From: Octopus bimaculoides
Lineage: Eukaryota
Reading direction: 5' to 3'
Assembly: GCF_001194135.2 (NCBI RefSeq)
Contig: NC_069004.1
Span: 20,220,599-20,284,598 of the forward strand
Length of the DNA stretch: 64,000 nt
Both the position numbers and the translations under genes were made by a program. The notes beneath the pieces were generated by a model. That model had not been told where the DNA came from and did not search any database. It was given only the letters and a program-made list of their open reading frames with translations. Positions 12,818 through 25,959 of this stretch are shown here, piece after piece. The first letter of the stretch is position 1; each line of letters opens with the position of its first letter.

Positions 12818-14695
12818 TCTCAGTACATGTCCTTAGATTGCACTGTCCTTAGATTAACAGTATGCTCCGATGGATGTGTAATGTCAGTGTGCATACTAGA
12901 CAGAGTATCAGTACCTTGAGAGAAAAGTTGAATTTACGAAGCATCAGTTGTGGTGTGCAAGAGAGACGATTGCGCTGGTGTGGTCATGTAGTGAGAATGG
13001 ATGAGGATAGCTGTGTGAAAAAGTGCCACACTTTAGCAGTTGAGGGAACCTGCGGAAGAGGTAGGCCCAGAAAGACCTGGGATGAGGTGGTGAGGCACGA
13101 CCTTCGAACATTGGGCCTCACCGAGGCGATGACTTCTGACAGAGACCTTTGGAAATATGCTGTGTGTGAGAAGACCCGGCAAGCCAAGTGAGACCTAAAA
13201 TCTATGGCCTCAGCCAGTCCACTTATACGTACCTTCCTTCATTGGACACCAAACTCCACTTGCGAAGACCTGTTGAGGCAAGTGAAATCAAAATCGAGTT
13301 AAATTGGATACTAAGCTCCACTTGCGAAGACCTGTTGAGGCAAGTGNNNNNNNNNNNNNNNNNNNNNNNNNNNNNNNNNNNNNNNNNNNNNNNNNNNNNN
13401 NNNNNNNNNNNNNNNNNNNNNNNNNNNNNNNNNNNNNNNNNNNNNNNNNNNNNNNNNNNNNNNNNNNNNNNNNNNNNNNNNNNNNNNNNNNNNNNNNNNN
13501 NNNNNNNNNNNNNNNNNNNNNNNNNNNNNNNNNNNNNNNNNNNNNNNNNNNNNNNNNNNNNNNNNNNNNNNNNNNNNNNNNNNNNNNNNNNNNNNNNNNN
13601 NNNNNNNNNNNNNNNNNNNNNNNNNNNNNNNNNNNNNNNNNNNNNNNNNNNNNNNNNNNNNNNNNNNNNNNNNNNNNNNNNNNNNNNNNNNNNNNNNNNN
13701 NNNNNNNNNNNNNNNNNNNNNNNNNNNNNNNNNNNNNNNNNNNNNNNNNNNNNNNNNNNNNNNNNNNNNNNNNNNNNNNNNNNNNNNNNNNNNNNNNNNN
13801 NNNNNNNNNNNNNNNNNNNNNNNNNNNNNNNNNNNNNNNNNNNNNNNNNNNNNNNNNNNNNNNNNNNNNNNNNNNNNNNNNNNNNNNNNNNNNNNNNNNN
13901 NNNNNNNNNNNNNNNNNNNNNNNNNNNNNNNNNNNNNNNNNNNNNNNNNNNNNNNNNNNNNNNNNNNNNNNNNNNNNNNNNNNNNNNNNNNNNNNNNNNN
14001 NNNNNNNNNNNNNNNNNNNNNNNNNNNNNNNNNNNNNNNNNNNNNNNNNNNNNNNNNNNNNNNNNNNNNNNNNNNNNNNNNNNNNNNNNNNNNNNNNNNN
14101 NNNNNNNNNNNNNNNNNNNNNNNNNNNNNNNNNNNNNNNNNNNNNNNNNNNNNNNNNNNNNNNNNNNNNNNNNNNNNNNNNNNNNNNNNNNNNNNNNNNN
14201 NNNNNNNNNNNNNNNNNNNNNNNNNNNNNNNNNNNNNNNNNNNNNNNNNNNNNNNNNNNNNNNNNNNNNNNNNNNNNNNNNNNNNNNNNNNNNNNNNNNN
14301 NNNNNNNNNNNNNNNNNNNNNNNNNNNNNNNNNNNNNNAGGATTTTCAAGCGAGATCATTGCCAGTGCTACTGGACTGGCTCATGTGCGGGTGACATGAA
14401 ATTTTTCGAGCAAGATCGTTACCAGTGCCCCTGGACTGGCTCTTGTTTGGGTGGCACATAAAATGCATCATTTTGAGTGTGGCTGTTGCCAGTACCGCCT
14501 GACTGGCCTTCGTGCGGGTGACACGTAAAAGCACCCACTACACTCTGTGTGGTTGGCGTTGGGAAGGGCATCCAGCTGTAGAAACTCTGCCAAATCAGAT
14601 TGGAGCCTGGTGTAACCATCTGGTTTCACCAGTCCTCAGTCAAATCATCCAACCCATGCTAGCATGGAAAGCGGACGTTAAACGATGATGATGAA
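12818..14695 (+). mobile_element. RTE LINE 3' portion (ORF end, repeat-rich 3' UTR spanning a ~1-kb gap, (GAT)n tail)
   Basis: ORF 12862-13191 ERRLRWCGHVVRMDEDSCVKKC..GRGRPRKTWDEVVRHDL; tail CCCATGCTAGCATGGAAAGCGGACGTTAAACGATGATGATG at ~14652-14692. Confidence 0.85.
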
Positions 14696-14699
14696 TGAA

Positions 14700-14892
14700 G
14701 GAAAATTGATTTAGCAGAAATCTTTATTCAGCACAGTGATCAATTAGACCCATCTAGCATGTCTAGTTGTGTTGCAGCCATTGATAGATGCAACACAACT
14801 TGATGTACAATATCTCACCCATAAGCAAGAGATGCAGGATAGGTCAAAATGATTGTTGTGCTGAATAAAGATTCATGCTAAATCCATTTTCC
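14700..14892. mobile_element. Fold-back MITE-like element
   Basis: GGAAAATTGATTTAGCAGAAATCTTTATTCAGCACA pairs with TGTGCTGAATAAAGATTCATGCTAAATCCATTTTCC; internal hairpin AGTTGTGTTGCA/TGCAACACAACT. Confidence 0.7.
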
Positions 14893-15419
14893 ATTTCCCT
14901 CATTCATTATAAACTCAATGAACACTGGAATTCCTGATGTAGATCCAGTGACAGTTATATCGTAACTGTGGATGTCACCAGGTAGCCTAAACGGTGAATA
15001 TGATCTAATCGGCATACTACTAGACATATACCCAAAGTCCAAATAATTACTTTACATATATATACACATACACAATGGTAGTGTCCAAGCATGACTACAG
15101 CTTTAAAGTTGAAACTAGTTAAAGAGTTATGTGTGCGTATGTGTATATATATATATGTACATATACATACACATATATATATCTTTGTTTCCCTACTGGG
15201 GTAGTCAAGTATATCCTCAATAGTAAGACACCCGCCTCTATCCTTCTATTCTAGTTTAACAATCTGCTGGCACACAACTACCTCCTCCAGTACTACTCCC
15301 CATCCCACCCAAAGGTCTTTGTCCTGCAAGTTACCTGGCAACCTTGTTGGTACCAGCTAAAAAGCACCCAGTACACTCTGTAAGGTGGTTGGTTTTAGGG
15401 AGGACAGCCTAGTGCATCT

Positions 15420-15960
15420 CTGTGTAGAGCTGTAGAGGTGAAGAACTCAGGCATAGCTATTAGCAAGTGTTGCAACAGAGTTGTGATTCAGTAATTCACT
15501 TATCCTCTGAGAGTCTGAAGTCAGTGACCCATTTTCTTCAAACAGTGGGCCTATCTTGTACCATACTAAAGCAGACTCTTTTTTGAGATCACTTTCAATC
15601 TCAAGCAGTGTTCACTTGAGATAGGATTCTTCACTATCCTTTAGTCGCCCTTTTAGATGATTTGAAATCTTTGCTTGTTGTCTCATGAGAATCTGCCTAT
15701 CGCTGGGAATTCTGTCAGTTTGACATTCTCTCTGGAAATAGCTTACTGCATATGTTATGCATGATTGTCACAAGATGCAGTAGACTTATGTCAATATCTT
15801 ACATAGAGAGATTGGCAGACCAGTTTTGTTCCACGATCTTTCCAATCAGCTTTATGGAAGTCCAGGCTGGAAAAGGAGCTGGGTGCTTCTAATAGCCTCT
15901 TTGTGTGTGTGTGTATGCTGGTTTCTTTTTCCATCCCACATACTTTCTAAGTTAAATGTT
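15420..15960 (-). mobile_element. CR1/L2-like LINE fragment, decayed
   Basis: Minus-strand TACAAGATAGGCCCACTGTTT..AATGGGTCACTGACT..GGATAAGTGAA parallels the YKIGPLF..NGSLT..ISE segment at 44345-44420. Confidence 0.6.
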
Positions 15961-16149
15961 ATTATTAACCAAATAACAAACCTTCTAATGGGGCCACTGT
16001 ATTGGCTATCAGGAAGTCATTCTATTCTGTTTATGTAGTGTTCTATTTCGTCATATACCCAAAGTTCAAATGCTTTATATATTATATACACACACACAAT
16101 GGTAGTGTCCCACCTCTGGGGTCTCTCTATTGTATATCTAGGATGAATA

Positions 16150-16470
16150 TATAACTGGCTCTCCATCAGTTATGACAATGAGGGTTCCAGTTAATCTGAT
16201 CAACAGAACAGCCTGCTTGTCAAATTAATATACAAGTAGTCGAGCACTCTACAGATATGTGTACCCTTAATGTAGTTCTCAGGGAGAATTGGCATGCCAC
16301 AAAATGAGACAAGTTTGGGTCTTTGAATAACAGGTACAACTAATTTTTGCCAGCTGAGTGGACTGGAGCAATGTGAAAAAGTGTCTTGCACATGAACTTT
16401 ATGATTGTGAACTTATAGCTTTATGATTGTCAGCTGAATACCCCTAACCATTAAGTCACAGGCATTCATA
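16150..16470 (-). mobile_element. Second SINE family copy
   Basis: Contains CCAGCTGAGTGGACTGGAGCAATGTGAAAAAGTGTCTTGCAC, a GTCTTGC(C)CAAGG-type conserved SINE core read in reverse. Confidence 0.55.
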
Positions 16471-18667
16471 ATTGTATATATAAGTTAGTTTTAATATATC
16501 TTTAACCCTTTCATCACCATATTTCTTTTGAAACACACTGCCTTTGTTTCAATTAATTTTGTTTGGAACAAAAAATTATAATGGAAAGTTTTATCTCGGG
16601 TCACCTGAAAGTAGGAAGTTTGCATCATAAAACCAGAAGTGGTCTCTGGTAGGTATTAAGTGTTATAGTTGTGTATTTATTTTATAAGTTAATGTTAAAA
16701 TGTTTTAAATACATAACTGTGTGTATGTAGTAACTCCCACTTAGATGCATAATGGCTGCCTCTTTCCCCTCCCTCCACAGACCACCTAACAATCATATTG
16801 TCCTTCCCCACCCTTCAGCAACTCATTTTTTACTACTACTTATCCCCCTCCCACTCCTCTGCATCACCAGTTTATAGCAGGTTTCATCCACCCTTCAAGC
16901 ATACCTATTTTGGCAGTCTGTCTCCCCACCCCTCTTTCATCTCCCTATACAATCTTGCCAACCAGCCACCCACTTCTACTTAGCTTGCGTTTTGTGGGGC
17001 CATCTGGATACCTTAATCACCATTATCTACAGCTCCTGCTGATCATTTTTTCCTTTCCCCGACGAGATGTGTGTAGCCATGCAGATCAATCTGCAGAAAT
17101 CTGCTCTACCTCCCTCCACTTGCAGTAGTCCCCTCATCTCCTAGTACCCATAGTCCTGCAAATTGCATTCCAACCTCAATAGTGGACATAGCCCCAAAAA
17201 GGAAACCAGCCTATGTTGTAAAGTGGTTGGTGTCAGGAAGAGCATCCAGCTGTATAGATCATGCCAAAATAAACAGAGACTGGCAGCTCAGTAAACCACC
17301 CAGCCCAGGACAGTATAGAAAGCAGACAAACGATTGCATATACCTACACATACAAATTGGAGATAATTTTTCCTTGATATATATATATATATATATATAC
17401 ATACACACACACACACATATAAAATTCAGAACTGAAAGATGAAATCAAGATCCCAAGTAAGGAAACTAATTGTTACTTTACAAAATAAGAAAGTGTAACA
17501 GTAAACTAAACTGGAGAATCTATATTGAAAAAGTAAACTGTTTTATTTTTATGCAATATATGAATTTACAAATCTTTATCAACCATTTTTCCATACTGGC
17601 ATCAGTTACTTTCAATACACTAGATCTTCTGTGGGGATCAGTATCTTGTGACCAGCCCTTACCACTTCCATCTGCAGTTTATTTTCTATAGGTACCTTCT
17701 AGTTGTATCATGTGACAAGTTTTCACTTGTTTTTAAATAGCCAAGAAATAACAATAAACACAACATATACAACATGCTCACATCATTCACATTCTTGTAC
17801 ACTATAACAGACTAGTGACCATGTAGAGCTTCCTCATTTCATTTCTTTCCGCCCTTTGCATTATCCCTGCTCAGCTCCAATGTCTCACTGCCTTACAATA
17901 TTGAGCTTTATGCACATGCAACCTAAATTTCATTTATACAAACAAGCCTTTTGTTACCAATACTCCCAGAATTTTTTCCATACCAAGGGATTACAAGAGG
18001 TAGAAATCACTAGAATTTTGAAGTAAATAACCAAATTTATAAAAGCCTTTTGCTGTTTCCATCCACCTATCATATCAAGGGTTTCAGTAATGTTTATGGC
18101 CAAAATCAAACTTCATGCAAGACTGTCAATTCAGTATGAGGGTATACCAATTTGAAAATATGGCTAGAATTGAGTTAATTGTTAGAGCCAAGCTCATCTA
18201 ATAAAAACTAACATTAAATGAAATTGACTTGTATAGGCTCAAGGCTAGAAATTTGTACGGAGGAACTGTTGATTATGTTAACTTCAATACATAACTGGTG
18301 CTTTATTGAAAGAATGAATGACAAAGTTGACCAAGCCACAACATGAACTTGCTAAAATAACAATACATGTCAATAAACTGTTTTATGGTATCCAACTATT
18401 TTACATTACATTCTTTATGGAGGATACACCAATGGGAGAGGTATGCCGGAAGAAAGTTTAAGAACTCTACTTTCAACAAAGCAGCAGCAAACCTCAGCAA
18501 TTGAAAGGGTTTGTTTCATGAGTACTCTTGCTGCTAATTATGAGCATCTATTGTTTAAAATCCTGTCAACCTGCCTCAAATTCCACTACACCATTTGCAT
18601 ATCTACTGGGTACACAAAATAGAGTTCTTAAGTACTCTATATCAGCATATCAAGTATGGTCACTTAC

Positions 18668-18743
18668 CTTTGGTATTCATAACACAGGCAAGTGCTACTT
18701 CAATCGATTGACTAATAAAGATAGATATTTGCAATTGCTTGTG
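18668..18743 (-). CDS. Candidate internal micro-exon (76 nt, or 44 nt from the alternative acceptor at 18711)
   Basis: Strong donor AAAG|GTAAGT (18667-18662). Acceptors ttag at 18744 or ctttattag at 18712. One open frame, (HKQLQISIFIS)QSIEVALACVMNTK. Confidence 0.35.
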
Positions 18744-19559
18744 CTAACTCAAGATTCAGAGTGAAAAAAAAAAAAAATCTCACTGTTTCTACTATATGAA
18801 TGGGAAGTGGCAACTATCTGAAAAATTTTAATTAAAACCTGTGAGTTTCAACTAATGAATACAAGCTGTTAAATACATGAAGATGTAACAGAAAGATTAA
18901 AATATTAGTCCAGTTTATATTTGTAACATGAGCAATTATTTTCGAAGGTATTCCTCCAGCTAATCATTCTCTTGAAATGAGAAAGAACTCATCATCAGCC
19001 AGTGAAAATCATGTTGAAATCTGTACAGTGTCTAAAGAAACAAGAGTGTTCATAAAGATGAACTGATGATTGCTCACAAAAAGTTATGTAATTTCACCAC
19101 TTCACAGTTAGCTACAATAAATATGTTAATTCCAGCAAAAGTAGACCAAAGAAGACTTTCAATGAAGTACATCGTCTCAGAAAACTAAGCCTTACAAAGA
19201 CAAGTCAAACACAAAATATCACACACTCCTTCCCACAATCCACTGACCAAGCCTGTGTATGATCTTGTACTGTGAGAATTTGCTCGGACACCCTATCACT
19301 ACCGTCTTTATCTTCTTCCCAGCTACTACAGCTCACGTCATGTGGGGTAGGCATGAATCTCTTCTGTAGCAAGACACCTGTGTTGCCCCTCTACCATACT
19401 TTAGCTTTTCAACACCTGTATAACACCCACCCCACCTCTCATTTAGTCATGGGGGCTTTTCCCCCTTTTCCATTCGTTTTTGAATGATGATTTAATAAGA
19501 ACATGGTAATTTAACAAAGAAATAATCTATTAACCAAATCAGTGCATAATTTGTAAATC

Positions 19560-21350
19560 ATCAACATGCAACGTCCGTTTTCCATGCTGACATGAGTTGG
19601 ACAGCTTGACAGGAACAGGCAAGGCCAGGGACTGCACTGGGTTCCACAATTTGTTCTGGCTTGGTTTCTATGGCTGGCTGCCCTTCCTAACACCGGCCAC
19701 TACAGAATGTACTGGGTGTTTTTTACGTGGCACCTTGGTTTTAGGATTTCAATTCTGTTGTGGTGGACACATCTCAAGTACAGCAATGTGCCACATATCT
19801 CAGCCTCTGTCATTTTTCTCCCATATCTTCCTGGGTTTTCCCACAACTTCTTTCCACTTTAAGTAGTTGAAACTTCTTTATGCAACTGTCCCTATCCATA
19901 TCACATGACCAAACTAGCAGTCTCCTCTCTTGCACACTGCATATGATTCTGTACAACTTCCTCTACTGCTAATTAGGTTATCTAGGTTGCAAAACTTATC
20001 TACAACTTCCAGAGAGCCACCAGGACATTTAAGGAAATCAGTTTCCTGTGTACCTGTGGTCAATATGGCTCCTATACATCTTCAACATACAAACACTACT
20101 TTCTATTAACCTTCCTACTATTCCACTGCACTTCTTGCATGACCATAGCTTGCACTAGGTAGACTGAATGGAATTTCTGCCTACACCCTTCCTACATATC
20201 GAATAGGGCCATTTACTGGAAGGGTGAAGGTTCCTGTCTAATTTTTTGCTTACTAGGATCTTGGTCTTTGCTAAGTTTACTTTAAGACCCTTTGATTCCA
20301 AGTTAAGTTTCCACACCTGGAATTTCTTTTCTGATTCTGTGAGGGCAGATCATCAACATATAGTTCTCATGGGCTTCCAGTCTTAATTCCTGTTACAGCT
20401 TAGAGGATGATGAATAGGAGGAGGCTGAGGTCTGACCTTCGATGAACACCTCCTTGTATACTAAATTCATCATTGTACCCATGATCAACTCTTACCTTTC
20501 TAAAAGCAATCCTGTACATGGCATGTACTGTTTCCACAAGCCATTCATCTATCTCCAGCTTCCTTAGAGATCACTATATCAGAGAGTGAGGCACTCTGTT
20601 GAAAATTTTCTCTAGATCAACAAATGCCAAGTACAACAGCTTGTTCTTAGATAAATGCTTTTCTTGCAGTTGCCTGACTATGAATATAACATTTGTGGTG
20701 CTTCTCCCCAAGACAGAACCAAATTGCATTTCATCCTGTCAAATTCTGTTTCCTAATTAATTGGAAACCTTCTCTGCAACTTTCATCACCTGGTCCAGGA
20801 ATCTGATGCCTCTATAATTACTTCTGTCTAAAGCATCTCTCTTACCCTTGTAGCAGCTATGATGCTGTTGCACCAGTCACTAAGGATTACACTTTGCTGA
20901 ATAACCTGATTAACTATGCAGGTAACTGGACTGTATTCAACTCTACTAGATATCTTAAGCATCTTGGCAGCAACTCCTAATCAACCAGAGACCTTCCCCG
21001 TCTTCATATCTATAATTGCCTTATCTATTATGCTGCTGTCAACTAGGATAGCTAATCCTTCTGTTGAGTTCATGAGGAAGATTCTCTTTTTCCCATTCAT
21101 TCTCCACATTTAAAAGCCTTTTCTAGTAGTTCTTCCACACCTCTTCTTTTTAGGATCTAAAAGCAAGCATATCTGTTTGTACACACTTCTCTCCCACATC
21201 TTGATTCTCTATAACACACTGTCTGACACTGTAAGACATTGGCAAACCGCTTCTTTTCTACTTCTACCCTAGTTAGATAAGCCTCACACCTAGCTTCTCT
21301 TTCAGCTATCTGATATGGTTCTTTGCTACCTCGGACAGCTGGAATAACAA
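19560..21350 (-). mobile_element. RTE LINE, older subfamily, decayed
   Basis: Reverse-complement similarity to RTE RT regions (DLEKIFNRVPHSLI, GVHRRSDLSL, MRTIYVDDL-like segments) and the shared 3' tail at 19560-19740. Confidence 0.75.
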
Positions 21351-22212
21351 AAGTCAACTTTTGCTGTATTTGAAATCTGAATAACTAGACATGGAATTAT
21401 ATAAACCTGCTCAGCATACACTCCCTGTTTAGATTAGCCCACTACTGACACAAATTGAAAATGATAAGAGGGTAGGCTGAAATGTTCATAGGCCAAAAAT
21501 GGGGTGGTGCTAGAGCTGTGAAACTTGCATGCATTTTCCTAACTAATAACTGCATTGTTTCTTTCCAAGTAAACTGACATTTAACTGTTCAAAGAAGACT
21601 TCAAAAGTAACTAGTAGTAGGTATCACTATAAGGTGCCATAGAAAGTATACAAGCAGTTTGGCCATGCAAAAGCACACATTTTGCTTGATCATTTTCATA
21701 TCAATATACATTTTTCCATGTATAAAATTATATATAATTTTATGTGAACTTTCTTCTCATATAGTTTTAATAAAAATCTGTTACATGTCAGAATCCTTCA
21801 ATCAACCTAGTATTTCCACCCATTCACAAAGTTTTTCTTCTTATTTTTTTGACTGCTGAATACTAGGCCTTTTTTTTTTATTTCAATGCAGTGGAGCACT
21901 GCAGCTCAATTTATTTTGAAAATCATAATCTTGAAGAGGACTGTTTTTACTTCATTTTGATTCAAAAAAAACAAAAAAACCCTCTCAAAGTGGGTAGGTT
22001 AGTTAATCATGAAATATAAAAATATAAATTTTATTGTCACTGCCACATCTGGATATGGTGAAAAAGTGCAGTCAATAAAGTGGGTGGTATAATGAAGCTA
22101 TTTGTCAAACCGATGTATTCCTGCATGCCACGAGGTCAAACAGAACAAAAACCCAGTGCTTCAAATATTGAGTTTGAACCAGAATTTCAAGAAATGGACA
22201 AACTAATTAATA

Positions 22213-22377
22213 GGCATAGGAGTGGTTGTGTGGGAAGTAGCTTGCTTACCAACCACATGGTTCTGGGTTCAGTCCCACTGCGTGGCACCTTGGGCAAGTG
22301 TCTTGTACAATAGCCTCGGACCAACCAAAGACTTGTGAGTGGATTTGGTAGACGGAAACTGAAAGAAGCCCATGTGC

Positions 22378-22445
<68 letters not shown>

Positions 22446-22630
22446 TTGTTTGTCCCAACAACATCGCTTGGCAACTGAAGCTGGTGTATTTACGTCCCGG
22501 TAAGTTAGCAGTTCGTCAAAAGAGACCATTACAATAAGTACTAGGCTTACCAAGTCCTGGGGTTGATTTGCTCGACTAAAGGCAGTGCTCCAGCAAGGTC
22601 ACAGTCAAATGATTGAAACAAATAAAAGAA
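22213..22630 (+). mobile_element. Composite SINE: tRNA-like head + (TA)n(TG)n + second module
   Basis: Head as at 11693. Second module TTTACGTCCCGGTAAGTTAGCAGTTCG..AATAAGTACTAGGCTTAC..GACTAAAGGCAGTGCTCCAGCA..GAAACAAATAAAAGA. Confidence 0.85.
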
Positions 22631-23073
22631 TATTTCTATGAAAAAAGAAAGGAAACAAAAAACCACTAAATGAAACTACATAAGTTTTCTAGAGCCCAAA
22701 ATTAGCATGGAATCATATTGAGAATGTTTATCTCCTCACATTGCTTTAAGAAAGTGGTGAGCAATGGCTGAATTTTACATATTGGATATTCTTGTAGATG
22801 CAAATAGTGTAAAAATGAAAACAAAATTTGACTAAAAAGTTGGAAACATCCCACTAAAATATAGAATATCCAACTTATGTGAGAGTCCTGATCTGAAACT
22901 ACCATTTATAGCTATTTTTAATGGTCCTTTGAAACTTTATTGAAATATCAGTTCTCAAAATCTCAGGATTTATTTAGTTCTATACCAACTAAAAATTACC
23001 AGAACCCAAACCCTTGTGGTTTGTACTTTTGGATTTAGCTAGGCTGAAAACACTGCGAAATTGCTATTGTTAC

Positions 23074-23134
23074 ATGTAACAAACTAGGCCTAGATAGATA
23101 TTTTTAAAAAATTGCAAAAACAATTTTCCAGAAC
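23074..23134 (-). CDS. Candidate micro-exon (61 nt) behind a very long polypyrimidine tract
   Basis: Minus strand has ~45 nt of T/C (plus-strand A run 23138-23170) then CAG|G. Open frame SGKLFLQFFKNIYLGLVCY; weak donor AT|GTAACA. Confidence 0.25.
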
Positions 23135-23137
23135 CTG

Positions 23138-23172
<35 letters not shown>

Positions 23173-23429
23173 AAAAGAAAAAAGACAACTGCTATACCAC
23201 AGACACTTTTAATTTCTGTAATGTGAAGATGATTATCATCTCAGTTTCAAAGATATGTCATCACAAATATGGTTAATTATTCACTTAGGCCAATCAGTCA
23301 ACATTTTAACCAATTCACTGATCATTCAAATTGTCATATTTCCTCAAATATTCATCCAAATTTCACAAATGAGGTATCAAAGTGTTTCTTATTGGATGCT
23401 CTCCAAGAAAAAATTCAATAGAAATTACA

Positions 23430-24431
23430 ATTAAACATTTTTTTGAAATTCAGTGATACCTACTAGCAGTGATTTCTCTCGAAAATGGACAAAATTTGGC
23501 ATTGTGGTGTTATTAAGTACCTGCAGAAAAAGGGTTTAGCCCCCAAGGACATGCTGACATGGGCAGTTGACCCAAGGTCTGGACAACTTGTAAGTGCTAC
23601 CACCAAGAAAAGTTTGACTATACATCAAATAGCCAATGCTATTAGCATATCCCGCGAGAGAGTTGACAATTCTCTGCACAATGAACTTGACATAACAAAG
23701 GTTTTTGCTGAATGAGTGTCAGGTCTTCTGACAACTGATCACATTATGGGAAAATCTGACATTGTTTGAGGTAAATCTGGTTTCCTCTAACATTTCAAAG
23801 CCAGGATGAGTGTTGGGTTCATGAGAGCTAGAGACAATCCATGCAGTGGAAACACCCCTCCTCAACTGCTCCAAAGAAGGCCAAGGTTATTTCATCTGCA
23901 GGGAAGGAGAAGGCCTCAGGTTTTGGAATGCAAAAAGCACTGTGTTTATTGACTATTTTTAAAAGGGTCACACCATCAATGGTAAGTACTGTGCCAACTT
24001 GCGGAGGTAATTACAAAAGGAAATCAAGACCAAACACCCAGCAAAAACTGACGAAAGGCGTTTTGTTCTATCAAGACAATTCTCCAGCACACAAGTCCTT
24101 CGTTTCAATATCTGTATATACGACTGTGGCTTTGAACTGGTTGATCGTCGTCTCTATTCTCCTGATTTAGCCCCATCTGACTCATCTGTTCCTCAACATA
24201 AAAAGACACTTAGCTGGGAATCTGTATTGCAGTGATGATGATGCCATATCTGCAGTTGATGACTTTTGTGACCAATAGCGTGAAAGCTTTTTTACCAATG
24301 AGATCCAAGCACTGCAACACCAAATGAAGTATGTGGATCGCAAAGGGGACCGTGTTGAAAATAAACTTCATTTAGTAACATTCCATGAGAGTATCTTGGT
24401 CAGTCTATTAACTTTTCAGCAGACCCTCATA
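23430..24431 (+). mobile_element. mariner (DD34D, SETMAR-like) element, decayed, right terminus retained
   Basis: MDKIWHCGVIKYLQKKGLAPK; QSMQWKHPSS..PKKAKVISSAGK; GVLFYQDNSPAHKS; YSPDLAPSD; KYVDRKGDRVEK; terminus ACTTTTCAGCAGACCCTCA-TA at 24411-24431. Confidence 0.85.
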
Positions 24432-24940
24432 TAAGTTTTAGCTTTTTTACATCTTTAAAAATGAATTTTATGTTAAAAAAGCATTAAAGCTTTAAAAGTA
24501 TTTGAATGTAAATGGATAAAAGTATATAGTTGTAAAAAGGGTGGATCTTTCTAGAATAAAAATGGCAGCTTTGATGTTTCAGCCCTATAGCTTCAAGAAG
24601 CTCTAAGTCAATTTTAATGTGGCACTGACAATATATTTCTATCAATTTCAAAGATAACTTTTGATGCAAATACAGAAAGATCCAATAAATTTCATAGGCA
24701 TCAACAAATATTTTCATTACTCGTTTTATAACTTTTCAAAATGCCAAAAACTCAATCTTAAAGAAAAAGTAGTACATATACAAATGTTTCTCTCTCTCTG
24801 CCTGTGTGTGTGCGCGCACACACACACATACATGTAAATATCTAAATTATAATGAAATTCTAATTTAATCAGAAACAAAATTTCTTGGAATCGGCATTTC
24901 CAAGAGAATAATTGATTGGAGAAAAAAATTGTGTACACAC

Positions 24941-25021
24941 CTTAATTGATCTGCAAAGATGGTGAGGCCATGCTAGTGTAGAGGGGCTGTCTGTCTTTTC
25001 GACAATACCTCCCAGCAAATC
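24941..25021 (-). CDS. Candidate internal exon, 81 nt
   Basis: Acceptor tttttactccctcctactcaacag|G and donor AAG|GTGTGT. Phase 0 is fully open (DLLGGIVEKTDSPSTLAWPHHLCRSIK). The phase-1 reading gives FAGRYCRKDRQPLYTSMASPSLQIN*. Confidence 0.45.
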
Positions 25022-25959
25022 CTGTTGAGTAGGAGGGAGTAAAAATTTGCACTTTAAACTTTATCAGATGTTAAATTCTGAGCAATGTTAATTCTCAGTT
25101 TTTAAGTTCTTAGGTACAACAAATATCAATACAACCTAAAACATAGATAAAGTATTTAATAAAAAATCTTTAACAGTAATCATACACTATAATACTTTTC
25201 AAATAAGTAGATAATGAAATCAAACATTTTTTAATGCAGACACTGCCCCACACTTTTTTTTTATATATTTTGAAATTTAATATTCAAGGATAAATTTTAA
25301 ATCACATATTGAACTTTAAATATTCACTCATACAAGTAATGCTTTATTCCTTTAATTGTTTTTGTAAAGTTAAAAGTCACCAATATATATGCAGATTTTA
25401 ATAGTCTCTTCTTGAATTTTCATTATTTAGAATTAAAAAAAGAATTAAACCTCTGCCACTGCACCAAAAAGTTCAGAAATTGCAAACAATGCTTTCAGTG
25501 TTGCTTTTTGCTTTTGTATTTTAAAGTAAAATAAAGTTCAGAAAAGCATGAAACATCACTTAATGTTGAAATTTACTAATTTATCAAGCACGGATTAAAA
25601 AAGATAGAGGGGGAGAGGGTAACTATCCTTATTAGACTCACAAGAGCAATGGTTAAATAATTTAAGGGGATGATATAGGGAATGCTATGTGCAAAGACAA
25701 CTGGAATCCCCTCACAGTTGGAGAGAGAAAGCCAGCCATGTCACCATCCTTAGCTATTGCTTGCGCTTCTTTTCCATCTCTCATGGTTTCCTTGACTTCA
25801 CCTGTTTCCTTACCATTCCTACTGACTTCTGCATGCAACCCTTCTTTCCACACACCAGACTTTCTCCTTCCCCCAACTTGTAACTATCCTTGCACACTCC
25901 ATCACTAAAAAACATATAGTGTAACAGATGTAAAAAAATGTGTAGGAAATGAATATGAA

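Noticed and set aside
11727-14461. Long ORFs in the track that are mostly X (also 29490-30440, 39095-39565, 47312-48214)
   Set aside because: Artefacts of N gaps and microsatellites.
18400-18630. Plus-strand open stretch LHYILYGGYTNGRGMPEESLRTLL...
   Set aside because: No start codon, no convincing splice sites and no recognisable motif.
21465-21660. Left TIR of the 23430-24431 mariner
   Set aside because: A TIR-like sequence is present, but the adjoining 5'-UTR-like segment is in the opposite orientation. Probably a separate non-autonomous copy.
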